Part shown: one piece after another, positions 26,327 to 41,563 of the stretch | Layout: every line of letters begins with the position of its first letter | Position numbering within the stretch: the first letter of the stretch is position 1 | DNA from: Octopus sinensis | Taxonomy: Eukaryota | Direction: 5' to 3' | Assembly (NCBI RefSeq): GCF_006345805.1 | Contig: NC_043016.1 | Span: forward strand, 24,986,001 to 25,050,000 | Length of the DNA: 64,000 bases | Position numbers and translations under genes: made by a program | The notes under the pieces: model-generated | Told to the model about the DNA's origin: nothing | The model's database searches: none | Seen by the model: the letters and a program-made list of their open reading frames with translations, nothing else

Positions 26327-26845
26327 GAGAGAGAGAATGTGTGTGTGTGTTGTGTGTGTGTGTTAGAGAGAGAGAATGTGTGGTGTGTGTGTTGTGTGTG
26401 TGTGTGTGTTAGAGAGAGAGAATGTGTGTGGTGTGTGTGTGTTAGAGAGAGAGAATGTGTGTGTGTGTGTGTGTGTTAGAGAGAATGTGTATTAGAGAGA
26501 ATGTGCGTATGTTAGAGAGAATGTGTGTTAGAGAAAGAAAGTGAGAATGAGTGTAAGAGTTGGTGAGAGAGAGAGTTGCGTGAGAGTGAGAGTGATCATG
26601 CGAGAGTGAATGAGTGTGAGAGTGAGTGACCATGAGAATGAGTGAGCATGAGAGTGAGTGAGCGTGAGTGTGAATGAGCTTGAGTGAGTGTAAGAAACTG
26701 ACAGAGTGAATGTGAGAGTGTATGCATGTGAGAGCGTAAGAGTGATGTGAGTGTATAAGCATGTGGGTACACAAATGTGAGTGTATATGCAAGCATGAAT
26801 GTGTACACATGAGAGAGAGAGAGAGAATGTGTGTGTGTGTGTATC
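26279..26845. repeat. Compound (GT)n/(GA)n/GAGT low-complexity array
   Basis: Direct inspection. Confidence 0.9.
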
Positions 26846-29168
26846 ACCTAATAAATGAGGTTATTGATTGCAAAGAATTATCTCTAGCATTCAGAATTTT
26901 TGGGATATCACTCTTGTAGAGGCAAAGAAAATACCCCAGAGTGGTATCCCCTGAATTCTCTTCTCCAGTTTCCAAACAGGAGGGGGAGGATTTGAGCTTC
27001 CAAAATACAGTTTACAAAAAAAAAAAAGGTCAATATATAATGGTCTTAGTTATAAAATGGATATTGCTTATTAGTAACTAAGTGAAAACTGAACCAAGTA
27101 AATTTAAGTATGTTGGCAACAGACACGAGAGGGGTCAATTACAACCATTAACAAGGCTGTGAAGGTGGGTTTGAATAAGGGCACAGTTTGTGATGGGAAA
27201 ACAGAACTTACCATCCTTAGTACAACAAAATATCTGAGAGGATATTTTGAATCTCTTATAACAATTTGTATTTTATACATTTAATACTTAAGCATACTCT
27301 ATGCAAAGGCGCCAGTACAGCAGTATGGTTAGGAAGCTCACTTTGCAACCATATGATTTTGTGTCCGGTTCTTTGCACAGCACTAGGGCGTCTTCTAGTC
27401 TTCTATTATATCCCTGGGCTGACCAATGCTTTGTGAGTGAATTTGGTAGATGGAAACTGCAAGGAAGACCATCATATCTATGTGTTTGTACCTTTGTGCT
27501 AGTGTTGTGTTTGTACCCTACCCCTACTGCTTGACAACTGGTGTTGGTTTGTTTACATCCCCATGACTTAGTAGTTTGGCAAAAGACCAATAGAATAGTA
27601 CTGGAGTCAATTTGTTTGATTAAATCCTTCATGCCCCAGCATGACTGCAGTTCAGTGAGTGAAACAAGTCATTGAAGTACATAACAATTGTTTTAATGAA
27701 TTTTGAAAATAATTAAAAATTTAGTAAAATAATGGAGCTGTTACGAAGCTGATATTTGGAACAGGAATTAACATGAAATCTTAATGGAAGATTTTAATTT
27801 ACACCACTTTAAAACGAAAAGTTTGTATCACAGAACCAAGAGAAGTTTCAGAGGGTTGGTTTCAAAAGGATTAAACTAAGTTTGGAATAGTTGAGCCTGT
27901 GGTAATGGAGACCTCAAGTGTTCTCAGCTGCCAGACCATATCCTTGCTGACTAATATCAGGGTGGAGATAGCTATCTGCAGGTGCAAGCCTGGTGAGTCA
28001 GGGTGGCTGTTCCAGTATATCTCTCTTGTCATCTTCTGGGCCAATGCCTTTTCCATTTTATCTGCTGCTAGGACCATGGGACGGTCTGGATTACAAGAAA
28101 TTGTATGTTCCACCTCATTTGTAGAATACCATTTCTTGAATTGATTAAGAATACATCAATCTCTAAGAAAGATTAAATTGAACAGCCACAAGTCAAATAA
28201 GACATTCTAATTATCAACCCAAATTCCTGTTTCAACATGAAACCATGAATTGAAACCTTCCATAAAAATTCCATGTTAATTTGTGTTCCAACCAACAGCT
28301 TAATAATAACAAAATTATATTAATAAATTCTTCAGTATTTCCAAAATTTATTGACACAAAAGAAGTGTACTTCAACAGAAATATGATAACAAAAGAGTTA
28401 AAAGGAAAGATGGATTGGATAACTCTAAAAGGATGGCATGATCACTGTTAGAATACCTTTGGTCATAGATTATCCTGGGATTAAAAGACGATTACAGCAA
28501 CAACAACAACCCAACAGTTAGCAATTTGGGTCGTTTTCAAAACATTTCGAGAAGAACCAAATTAATCATACAAACACCATACACAATATTCAAGTCACAT
28601 ATGTGGAACATATTTTCTTTTAGAACTCACATATTTTAAAATGTATTTTCTATTTTGTTCCAATGTTCCAAGTCCATTACAGGCTAGTGTTGCAATTCTG
28701 AATCTTATAGAATTTCTAGAGTACTTTTCAGCAGTACCTGCCCCCCAGGGTAGAATGCTCCCAACACACTACTAAGTTGAAGGAAAATAAAAAAAAATAA
28801 AAACAGAAAATAAAATAAAGAAACTTAAGCAGATTAGATATCCTTGCTAAACAGCCAAGATAAATGTGCTTTTTATCACCTTACTAAAAAAGATTTAAAT
28901 TATCACCCAACCCTAGTTTCAACACATCATAGAATACACAGAGTGGGGGGGGGAAGAGAGAATGAAAGAAAGAGAAATGAGAGAGAAAAGAAAGAGAAAG
29001 AATGTGTGGTGAGAAGCATTTAACTTCACCCAACTCCCTCAGAGGTCATTCCAATTTAGGTCAATGATAGTGTATCATATTTACAAATAACTTTACATTT
29101 ACAGTAAAATTATTTCCAAATACTTATAGCCATACAACAGCAGCAGCACCACCACAATCAAGGGAGCC

Positions 29169-29200
<32 letters not shown>

Positions 29201-29915
29201 TATATACACACAGACACACATATATATATATATACACACAGACACACACACACACACATACATATATATGGTGGTTAGGACCGTTAGAAACAGCAACAAA
29301 GTTTCCCTCAAATCACACCATTCTGTTTTTATATAAGGACAGGAGTATATTACATAAATATAGTTCTACATAACTGAAACCATCCCAACCCCATTACTAT
29401 GGCCACCACTCCTTTCTTTTGCATGATTATTGCTGAAATGCCTTTGATTATTGGTCTGCTCAATCAGGGCAGACAGCAGATGAGAGCAAGGGTGAAGGTG
29501 CTAAACAACACTTTAGAACTGCTAATCTAAAAATCAGTGTTCCTCCCACACAGTTCATATATATATTTTCACTAATGAGATAATGAGGGGTGGTCCTTTA
29601 TAGTGATGTTTGATCTGCTAGAAATAACAGTCAAATCTATATAGCAAATCACAACTTTAGAAACATTAGGGAGGCGGGGGTCAGAAGAAAAGTGACTTGG
29701 TCCTGAATGGAATGTTGATCATAATTCTGCTCAAAAGTGGCAGACCTGGGATGGAACAATAACAACAGTCTGGTCCTAAAAATAATATCTCTCTCACATA
29801 AGTTCAGACAATATGAAATATTAAAGAATGTTACCATAGCAACTTGGGATACTATCACAACACCCCAAAGCACTAACTACTACACTACTATCTTACCTAT
29901 TCAGTCCTGATGCGT

Positions 29916-29948
<33 letters not shown>

Positions 29949-30633
29949 AATGAATACACATGCACATGAGAAACAAATACACACACAAATATACACACAA
30001 ACACACATCATATATAAAAACAAATATAGAAATACACATGTAAATAAATATATATACACACACACACAAATATGAACACAAATATAGCTGCAAAAAGTGT
30101 CAACAACCTCATTATAACCAATTGCACAGAAGAATGGCAACTTTACCCAGCTCTGTGACCACCACATCAGAATGGTATGAACATACAAAAACAGATGGAT
30201 AACAAATATAAGATGCCTAACTACCACACAACTAAACACTACATACCACTACATGTTAGAACATGCAGTGTGCAGCACCATACTATGAGATGGTATATCT
30301 GCAATAGTGTATGTGAAGAACACATAAAGCTTGTTATTCAATCAACTATCATTGGTCTGCTTTATCTGGACTACAAAAAAAAACTATACACACAATAACA
30401 CACATATATGTATAATATAATATATATACATGTGTATAAACATGCATATATATATATATATAAATTAGGAAATAAACCACCTTTTATCAATTCAATAATG
30501 AAAAATTAAATTATAACTTTTAGAAAAATTACATCTTTTAGAAAGATTAAATATAAGATAAAACATATAACAATAATTAAGTAAAGTAGAAAATAATAAC
30601 TAAAACTAATATTCCCTCATATTATTATATATA

Positions 30634-31016
30634 CTAGCAGTATCGCCCGGCGTTGCTCGGGTTTGTAAGGGAAATAACTATATAAGCATTTTAGAGATGT
30701 AAAGTATAATAGCCATCTCAATATGGCTAACCACAAAGGGGGGGGGGGGTTACTGTGGCTTTTTACGTTCTGAGATTTAATAATACATTTTTAGAGAGTT
30801 ACTTTCCTTATATATGCCAAAAATGCAATAAAAATGGGAAAAATTCATGGTAAATTTTTTTAAAATCGTAGACGTGCACTAATACCCAGAAGGGCTCGAT
30901 ATGAATCACGACTATAAGATACCCAGTTTTGGTTAAACTGCACCGCAAAATGTGGGAGTAGTTAGGAATCTAAATCGTAGGAGACAGACACACAACTTCA
31001 CTTTTATATATAAAGA
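30634..31016 (-). mobile_element. Non-autonomous Helitron (related family)
   Basis: Minus strand A|TCTTTATATATAAAAGTGAAGTTG ... CCCGAGCAACGCCGGGCGATACTGCTAG|T (hairpin plus CTAG); 3' end nearly identical to the 24.6-kb copy. Confidence 0.88.
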
Positions 31017-31257
31017 TATATATATATATATGTATGTATATATGTATGTATGTATGTGTATATATGTATGTATGTATGTGTGTGTGCTCTCATACACACA
31101 CACTGCCGCCACCTCCATTTAACGTCAGTTTTCCATGCTGACACAGGTTGGATGGTTTGATAGGAGTTGACCAGCTGAAAGGCTGTTCAGGCTCCCTGTC
31201 TGTTTTGGAATGGTTTCTATGGCTGGATGCCCTTCCTAATGCCAAATATATACATAT

Positions 31258-31520
31258 ATGGTCAAAGTGAATAATTGAACATTAAAGATAACTATAACAA
31301 AACAAGAAGAGGGCATACACAGGGAATGCATTAGTTTGACAATCAGTAAAATGTGGAAAAAAAAAAAGAGAGGGGTTTTGATGTTTTAAGCATAAGCTCT
31401 TCATCAGAAAGGGAAATGGAAGAGTCCAGAGAAAGAAAAATATCGCCAATAGCACATGTGGTTACATGGCTGAAGTGACCAGAAGTGGAAAGAGATAGAG
31501 AAAGTTGCTTTTTGGAACAG
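31258..31520 (-). mobile_element. Probable Penelope-like element pLTR remnant with decayed hammerhead-like motif
   Basis: Minus strand CTGATGA-A-GAGC(TTAT)GCTT-AAAACATC at about 31381-31407; short AT repeats upstream and AT/GT microsatellite downstream. Confidence 0.4.
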
Positions 31521-31583
31521 GAGAGTGTGAAGATAGCTAGTGTGTGTGTGTATGTTTGTGTTTATGTGAACGATGTATATATA

Positions 31584-31620
<37 letters not shown>

Positions 31621-34600
31621 GTGTGAGCCAACAAACAAGTTAGGGGCTGGCATTTGATTTGGTGGTGAGAGGCAAAAGATGAGGAGAAAAGTGCGTGAGC
31701 GGGTGTTGCTGTGTGCACACAAGTACATTTATATATTCATGTATACACACACACTCATATCCACATGTACATTTACATATTCATGTGTCATCATCATCAT
31801 CGTTTAACATCTGTTTCCCATGCTGGCATGGGTTGGATGGTTTAATTGAGGGCTGGCAAGCCAGAAGGCTGCACCAGGCTCCAATCTGATCTGGCAATGC
31901 TCCTACAGCTGGATGCCCTTCCTGACGCCAACCAATCCACGTGTAGTGGGGGCTTTTTACACACACACATACACAAACATAAGTGCATACATAAACACAA
32001 ATAGATATACATGTATATAAAGGCAGGTGTGTGTTTGTGTTGCCAGATGGATCCAATCAATAAAATGGATCCATCATTAAAATTGTAAAAACTAAAACTG
32101 AAATGAAATGTTAGATATTATATTTGCATGGAGCACTGAGGGTGTGGATAAGCACCCAACACACCCATAACTGGTTAGTGTTAAGAAGGGCATCCAACTT
32201 TAGAAACCTTGCCACAACAGACCAGCATGGATAACAGATATTAAATGATGATAATGATGAGGTGTGTGTGTGTGTAAACTGATTGGACAAAAGTAAAGTG
32301 ATACTGAACCAATGCATGTGTTTATTTTTATTGGCATAATGACCTACCCTAGACACAAGAAGATATATATTGTAGATAATCACATATTTTGATGCACAAA
32401 TGAGAAAAGCCAATGATTTACACTGATGATACTGAATTACATTTTTGTGCATTCAAGTGACAAAGAAAAAAAGACATCAAATCTAAAGAAATCACACACA
32501 CACTTATCCTAACATTGAGTACTGTAATTTGCTTTTACAAATAAAGATAATTGCATAAGATATGTAAAATATATAACATACACACATAACATACCATACA
32601 TACCATAGCTTAACACATATACTGTAGCATAACACATCACACATACCATACACAAAATACACACATAACACACACTCAACATACACATACAATACATGCA
32701 ATACACATGCACAACACAAACACATACATACATAACTCAACCGTGTTTGAATGTGTATATGCTTGCATGTGAGTCTTTGTGTCTGTTTGTCTCTCCTCAC
32801 CACTTAACAACCAGTGTTGGTTTGTTTATATCCTCATAACTTAGCAGTTCAAAAAATATGCCAATAAGTACGAGGCTTTAAAAAGAAACATGAAATATGT
32901 ATTGGGGTTTTTCAGTTAAAAAGATTCTTTAAGGCGATGCTCTAGCATGGCCGCAGTCTAATGACTGAAACAAATAAAAGATAAAAAGATAATCTTCCTT
33001 TGGAATAGAATGTAGAATGTTTAGAGTGGACATAGGTTAAGGAAAACCAGGAAAAAAAGAATAAAATAAAAGGGGCAAGTCAAGCTAAAATGCTCCACAT
33101 GATGCTTGTCTACATGGTGATTCTATAAATATGTACAATTCCACCCGCCCCCACACACACAGGTATGTGATGTGATTTATACTGAATAAAGTCAACCAAT
33201 CAACCAACCAATAAAGCAATCAACAGTTGAGGACAGAGGGGAGGAGTAAGACTCATTACATATATTTATGGTTATAGGTGAATGCTGAGGGAGAATGTGT
33301 TCACACACATCAGTATGTGTGTGCATGCTTGTATGAACATACACACACACGAGTGCCTGTATATGTCTGTATGTGAGGCAAGAATTGTGCGACAAGAATT
33401 GTGCAGCAGGATAATAGTAGAAATGGCATGATTACTTTAATAGTAGGATTTAAATAATAATGTTAATAGCAGAGGGAATAAACAACATTTGAAATTTTTA
33501 AAAAAATAAATAAATACATCTAATGGAATCAAAGCTGCCATCACAACCCAAAAGGTTTTAATTAAATGAAAGTACTTTGAAGAATTTGGTATCGCATAAA
33601 ATCTCAATCTTTTGTGAATATCTCAAAATAAAAAATAACTTTAATCATGTGACATGGTATATACAACACACACACAAATATGGCTTGTGTAAGCCATTGA
33701 TATGAATGGAAGAAGGAGACGCCCTCCCTCCTATATTCAAATTTGTACTGCAATTATCAGTCTCAATAATCAAGCGGAATGATAAGCAATGCTCCCCACT
33801 CCTTGTCTCATACTCTCAGGAAAGATAAAGATAGCTTAGCTGGATACATCTCGCCAACATGTCTTACCATAAGTATCACTGACATTCCTGGAATGTGAGA
33901 TCAATCCCTTCTCTTCAGGAATGGTGCATGATGTTCCACGTTACATGAGAAAATGAATATTTTTATCATTTAAGATAAATTTCTCTCAAAAATAGATTTT
34001 TTTTTTAAAAGAAAAAAAATTTGTTACATCTTTGTATTTTTAGATTTCTTCATAGATTTTTCTCTTTTGCATCAATTACTGATGCAATGCATGCCTTCTA
34101 CTGATGCTCTCTAAATATAAGACCACGAAAGAGCTTGTACATGGTAACTTGACTTGCTACAAGTATAAACTAAACTTCACTGAATCATACAATACCAATT
34201 TAGCATTTAAACTGGTCATATCCAGCCCAGATATGCCTTCTGTTTTAAGTTCAAACTGGCCAAGTCTAACCTCTCACACCTACGCTACAATTCCATCCTA
34301 AAAGGAGACAATAACATCAAAATCTCACATGTAAAAAGCACCTACTGCAATCTCGGAGAGGTTGGCTTTAGGAAGGGCATCCAGCTATAGAAACATTGCC
34401 TGATCAGATTGGAGCTAGGTGCAGCCATCTGGTTCACCAGACCTCAGTCAAACCATCCAACCCATGCCAGAATGGAAATCGGATGTTAAACAATGATGAC
34501 GACGATGATGATGAATAAATAAACTTTATACTTGGCAGAGTAATTTGAACATTAAAGGGTAAAAATGGAAGGATACACTAGCCAGTGAATACAAGAATAT

Positions 34601-37234
34601 GGAACAGTCATGGTTCAAATGTACTTGATCACATGTTCATTTACTAAGAAGTATCAGATGTAGTATGTAAGAGAGAAGACTGTGCAGATGCAGACATGAA
34701 TGAGGAGAGTCAGGCAAAAAAAGTAAAGAGATCAAAGTGGAAGGAATGTATGGAAGTGATGAAGGCTGATCTCAAGGACATGATAAGACTTAGATTTATC
34801 ACGAGTACTAGGGCTCACAAGGCCAGTTTCATTAGTTTATAAGTAACTTAGAATGTAACACTGGTGAGCAGAAGGATTAACTTCCCAGCTACTAACAGAA
34901 CTCATTTATGACTGAGCAAACTGTAGGGACATGAAATGAAGCATTTTACTCAATAACACAAAGCACTACCTGATCCAGAAATTGAAACTATGGTTTTACA
35001 ATTATGAGTTCAGTACCCTAACTTCTAAGGGATGCATGTATAATAAGCACTAAAAAAAAAAAAATTTTTTTTAAATATAAAAAATAAAAAAGCAAAGGTC
35101 TTTCCTGAGTCATAGGCTCATAAAACCAGTTTAACAGATTCTTCAGATTATATATTCTGTACTATCCACCTGGATGGGACACCAGTCTATCACAGGGTTA
35201 CATCTTTTTGCCAACTGGGTGAACTGTAACAACATAAAATGAAGTGTTTTGTTCAGAACCACAACTCACTGCCTGGTCCAGGAACTGAAACCACAATCTC
35301 ACAACTACGAGTGCTACACTAAGCTAGCGCCTCCACATAATACGCACTATATGTAATGTGCACCTATAACAATGGCTAATAAAATTCTAGGCAAAAAAAT
35401 AACTTGTGTTTCATATACATTGACTTTTATTTAATATTACAATGCATAGAAAAAAGGATGTTTAGTCATATTTACTGTAAATGCTGGAAAAAGTACATTA
35501 AAAATATTTGTGCATATTAACAAAAAGCATTTAAATGTGACCTTTGAACTTTACTGGTGTAAGCTATAAAAATGCACCTAGAGTAAAGCCAATGTTTTAG
35601 AAATCAGATCATAAAAAAAGGTGCATTTTAAACCTGAATAAATGTAGTTCATGTTTATGTATACATATTTACACATATAGGCGTAAGAGTGGCTGTGTGG
35701 TAAGTAGCTTGCTTACGAACTACATGGTTCCAGTTCAGTCCCACTGCCTCGGGCCGACCAAACCCTTGTGAGTAGATTTGTTGACAACCGATGCTGGTGT
35801 GTTTACGTTCACGTAATTTAGCGGTTCGGCAAAAGAGACCGATAGAATAAGTACTAGGCTTACAAAGAATAAGTCCTGGGATCGATGTGCTTGACTAAAG
35901 GTGGTGCTCCAGCATGGCCACAGTCAAATGACTGAAACAAGTAAAGGAGTATATATACACAAATTTGCATACAGACACACTTATATACATATGCATGTGT
36001 ATATATATACATGACAGACATCTTATACAGAAATAGTCCATCTTATTTGGTACTTCGTTGATTAAAACAAGGATTCTAGTTGATCTGATCAACAAAACAG
36101 CCTACTTGTGAAATTAACGTGTGAATGGCTGAGCACTCCAGACACGTGTACCCTTAATGTATTTCACAGGGAGATTCAACATGACACAGAATGTGACAAG
36201 GTTGCCAATACAAGTAACTACTCATTTTTGCCAACTGAGTGGACTGGAGGAACATGAAATAAAGTGTCTTGCTCAAGGGCAGAATACACTGCTGGGAATT
36301 GAACTCATGAACCTCTGATCATGAGCTAAATACCTTAACCACTAAGCCACATGCCTTCCATCTTAAAATCCACGGATACACCACTGAAGTCTTTGCCGTC
36401 ATACAGTATACATACCTCTGTCATTTCACTTTTTGATGGGGTATCAATATTATCAATATTAAAGTTAATGAAATATTCCGCTCAATGTACTATTGCTGTT
36501 TATGCAATTATATTCTCATAGGTATTTATTTATACTGTGCTGAAGTAGACTATCTGAGAGTTATGTCTTAGCCATTGACATAACAGGAGTATTACGAACT
36601 GGATAAAAGTTTCAAACCTTCTGTCTGGTTATCTGGTAAATCTGCTCTCTCTCTCTCTCTCTCTCTCATACACATTCACATATTTACTCTTACTATTACA
36701 CCTAAAGATCCTAGATAGCAACTCTAATACTTATAGGAAACCATAATATAGATGTGATGTTTTGCTCTCTCTCTCTCTCTCACACACATAAACATTTTTT
36801 ACATTAATGGAACAGAAAAGATTCAGAAAGGGAACCAAAAAAAAAGAAATGAATAAATGAAGCTGCTATTAATAAAGGAAGCCACATATTGGAAAACTTT
36901 TAAATATTTTCTTTATTTTATCAGTAAATCCAGTTGAAAAAAAGTTATGACAGCTCTTACTCCTCCAACTCACTCATTTATGTATGCATTCCAGTATGCA
37001 CACATAGATACACAGACACATATACAGCCACATGCACATACAGCCAATTACAGACACAGCCACACAGAGTGGAACCCCCCCCCCCAAAAAAAAACAAGTA
37101 AATCATACTTTAGAGTGAATGTTTTTTAAAAAAAAATATGCTTCACTAATAGTCAGCTTCAAATTCTGTTTAGAGATAAGAAACTAACAAAATATGATAC
37201 TCCTGCTGTGTAATGCTCCCACTCTCTGATGAGG

Positions 37235-37267
<33 letters not shown>

Positions 37268-37379
37268 TAACTTCAGTAATAATTCCATGTTACATTTTTT
37301 TTGTTTTTCTATCCCCACCTCCATATACACACTCACACATTCAATCTATTCTTTGAATCTCTTCATTGATATTTAATTT

Positions 37380-37790
37380 CTCATACTCAGTCACTCAGTC
37401 ATTATTCAATATCTCATACTCAATCGCCCAGTCATTGTTGTTCAGTTTCTTACTGAGTCACTCAGACATTATGCAATTTCTCACACTCAATCAGTCATTA
37501 TTCAATTTCTCAAATTCAGTTGCTATTCAATTTCTCACACTCAATCACTCGGTCATTATTCAGTTTCTCACACTCAGTCACTATTCAAGTTCTTAAACTC
37601 AATCACTCAATCATCATCCAATTTCTCACTCAGTCATTATAAAATACCTTATACTCAATCACCCAGTCAATATTCAATTTCTCACTAAGTTGCTCAGATT
37701 TTATTCAATTTCTCACACTCAAGCACTATTCAGTTTCAAACATTCACTCACTCAGTCAGTCACTATTCAATTTCTCACATTCTGTCATTA
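37380..37790. repeat. Degenerate tandem repeat of about 30 bp (attcaatttctcacactcaatcactcagtc)
   Basis: Recurring caatttctcacactca / cagtcattattc motifs. Confidence 0.8.
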
Positions 37791-39799
37791 TTCGTGTAAT
37801 CTGGGTGAGCAATGTATCTGGAAAACCTTTAGTTGTGAGGCCTGTTTGATCAGGGACAATTTAGAGCAACAACAACTGACTCCCTATGTGCACCTGCCCC
37901 TTAAACTGGTCATATCTGGCTTAAATATTCAACCTGTATTATGTTAAACCCACCAGATCCAACATCACATCTACCCTATAATGACATTTTAAAATATACA
38001 ATTACATCATCAAAATCTTAAAGTTACAAGATAATGCATGATTAATTCAAAACAAATTTGAATAAACAAAGCATTACATTTAACACAGTAATATGAAAGC
38101 TAAAAGATCAGAAATTATTTGAGGATACACCATAACAACATATACTTAAATTTCACCTGGCTATCTTATAATTAAATGAAAGAACTGATTAACTGCATCC
38201 TGGATATAACAAGGTGCCAGCTGGAAAATTAGAAATTTGAGATACATAGCTAACTACCACTTGTTGCCATTATTAATACAGTGCTCAGAACAATAACTGT
38301 TCAGAACATGTAGACACAAATTTAAAGATATAAGTATTTAAACTGGGTACTGGTACCATAGTAAAAAAAAAAAAAATGACGCAATTATATCAACTCAGTT
38401 TTGTTCTTTTTGTTTGTTTTTGTTTTATCTTTTAGTTCAAGGGGGAAGGCAGTAGCTATGCAGTACCCATGATCCTTTACAAGGCCTCCAAGATCGGTTG
38501 GACAGACAAAAGAAAAATATCTTCCAACTGGAAATCTGGTTCAAGGCTTGTAACGGAGTAGACTCTGCTAAAGGCACCGAAGTTGTTAAGTCATGGTAGT
38601 ATTAGATGGGGCTATCACTCAAACAGGTCAGAATGCAAAGAACTGGAATAGATACTGCATGGCATCCGGTGCCATAAACCACTGTCAATCCACCATCCAG
38701 GATTGGTGTTATATTTATCAACTGAGAGGATGGAAAGGAAAAGTTGACCTCAGAGTGATTTGGACTCCGAACACACAGAACAAATACCACAAACCATTCT
38801 GTCAGATGCTATAATGACTTAAAAATTTTTTTTTAATTGTGAACTAAAATAAATCAAAATGTAACACTAAAAATGTACAAAGAACAAGGAGTTAATGTTA
38901 ACCAACACAAAACCATAACATATTTGCATACCAACATTGGTGTCTTTAAAATAGATCTAAAATCAGAACCACACGGTACACTCTTCATTCAGTATTAATA
39001 CATTGTGATCTGAAGAATTGTATATCGAGAAGGACTAAGTAGCACCAGAGCCTATGCTCAGATGAATAAAAAAAAAAAAAAAAAGCCAAGTACCGAGTGA
39101 TTTTTTCTCCCCATTATGGTACTCAAGCATACACAAACGTACATGCACACACACACACACACACACATGCATACACACATGCACGGGCATACACACACAA
39201 GGTATTTGTGAATACAACTCCAGCTAGCAATATAGAGAAGACATGCTAATACAATGTTTTGTGGCAAGAAATGAATTTTAACATATTCATTTATTTTTAT
39301 TTTTCCAGATGTATTAAAAACCTAAACATGATAGATTACAGATTGATATGGAAAGGATATTCTAGCTGTCAATCACACAACTTAAGAAATCACCAGCTAC
39401 TTAAAAGCAGCTAGTTACTTGGTGTTCTGGGATGTAAAAGAGTTGGGGTTCTTTAGTCAAAGACATGACATTTGTGGTGAGGAGGGAAAAAAAATTCTCA
39501 GTGGTTAGACATCATCAATATGGCTGGAAGTTATTAATGACAAAACCATCAGGTTGACAAAACAAATGAAACTGCTATTAATAAAGGAAGTCATATAATG
39601 AAATACTTTTAAGTTCAGTTGAAAGTGTTATGACAGCTTTTACTCCTCCGGCTCACTCATTTATGCATGCATTCTTGTACACATGGAAAAACTGAAGGTG
39701 GCAGGGTCCACCAACAGAGATACAATGCACAATAGCATCAGATAATTGTCATACATAAGAGAAAAGCAGTTCATGTCTGATAAGCTCTGAGGATATTAT

Positions 39800-40390
39800 G
39801 TGGTCCAGTTGAGGTACTTGCTGAATAAGGTCAAGCACCTTGAGAAACCCATAATGTTTGGGTTCTTTGGAGTTAAATTGGAGGCCATAAGCTAATCAAG
39901 AGGAGTATTGGATAGCTTTGAGAGTATTAAGTTGGAGACTTCTGTGGGATACACTCAAAGTTCTCGTTGTCTCGGATGGTCCTGGGTATTGCAAGTAACA
40001 ACAGCCATGTCGCGTCATCCCACAACATCTCAGAATAAATCCCACCACCTGAACTGGATGTCACAAGCTGTACTAGATTCAGTGGCCAAGCCCTAGATTG
40101 AGAAGGTGGGCTGAGCTGGGTTCAAAAGTATGCATGTCTCAGAGAGACTTTGCTCTTTCTCATATGGATCTCATGACACAGGATTGGCCAGCCAAGGACT
40201 TTCACTATTACAATCATTTAATTCCTAAAATGCTCCCTCCAAGTTTCTCTGATTTGAATTCCTTGGACTACTGCACCTGGGTGCCATTAAAGAGGCAGTG
40301 GTCCTCAGTGCCAAAGACTTATTAGAGTCAGCTGTCATGAACGCAAAATGAACAGGAGCCATCATTAAGGCCAAATACAGATTTGTTGAA
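39800..40390 (+). mobile_element. Highly decayed Tc1/mariner (maT-like) transposase remnant
   Basis: TQDWPAKDFHYYNHLIPKMLPPSFSDLNSLDYCTW resembles the WPPxSPDLNPLDY motif; upstream VLGIASN and downstream AIIKAKYRFVE also fit. Confidence 0.6.
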
Positions 40391-41288
40391 TGCCCTACTT
40401 TTTTTTTGATGTGTCTAACGTGTGTGTGTGTGTGTGTGTGTACCATTTTTCTAAGAATATGTTGTTTTCTTGTTTGTTTTCTTTGTTTTGTTCTCAGTTG
40501 CCAGGCACACCCTACATAAGTACATACGCAAATATACAGTCATAAGAATACTGCTTTGTGCTTATGTAAGTATACATATACACAGGAAAGTATACATATA
40601 CACATACAAGCATGTCTGTATATAACATATTCATTACATATAACTACAATGTCCCAATTGTTATGTATCAATTGTTGAAATGCTAAAAGAACAAGACACC
40701 ATCACTGAGGTTAACCCAGTTAAAGAATTTCTAATTTAGATCTAGTGAACAAGGGAGGAGTGCTGACTAGTGTCAGCAAAGTGAGTAAAAATAGGGCAAC
40801 AGGGCTCGGTTTGTTAAATTTCTTATTGAGCCATTGTTTGGCTGCTAACCCCTACCCATTTTTCAAGTAAGGAATTTAAAAGAAAAACAATTCAATTGCC
40901 TTCAGAAGTGTAGGGTTAATGAACAATTTGCAGATGGAGAATGTTAAACTACATACAACATTTGTAGTTCAACACTTTCGTGAGAAAGTGCACAACACAC
41001 ACACACACACACACACATAAACACCTACATCTATTTGTGTGGGTGTGTGTGACTTTGCTGTTTCTGTCAACCAATTTCATTCAAAAAGCACAAATCAACT
41101 TGAAGCTACAGTAGAAGACAGTGGTTCAAAATGTCATGGAGTGAGATAGAATGCAAGTCCATGTGGTAACAAAGCAAATCTGAATCCGCATGGCCATGTT
41201 TGCACCTTTCGTATCCAAAGAATACAACAGCTCAAGTCAAGCTGCATCTTAGACTAAGGTGAGATAGGGTTGTCTTGAAAAATCAATT

Positions 41289-41563
41289 TTAGGCTATGGA
41301 GTCAAAACAAAAAACTGACTCCGACTCCTATTCCTCTACTATTAGCACCGCCGACTCCAACTGACTCCTCTTTTTGTAATTAAGTGATTGTGGTCTAAAT
41401 ATCTCATAAAGCATATGCATACGCTTGTACTTTGAGTGGGCCTATATGTTATAACTGGTTTATATTAAAGAATAAAGATATTGCGAATTGGAGTCAGTAT
41501 AGCTTTGCCGACTCCAAATCCAGCTACCCCTTAATTGCTTCCAACTCCGACTCCACAGCCCTG
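41289..41563. mobile_element. Old MITE with GGAGTC/GACTCC subterminal repeats
   Basis: Ends aggctatggagtc / gactccacagccctg with internal ccgactcc repeats; no TSD recognisable. Confidence 0.6.

Noticed and set aside
27871-28113. 80-aa ORF faintly resembling a Gypsy RNase H start (NPDRPMVLAAD)
   Set aside because: Similarity is too short and the motifs that should follow are absent
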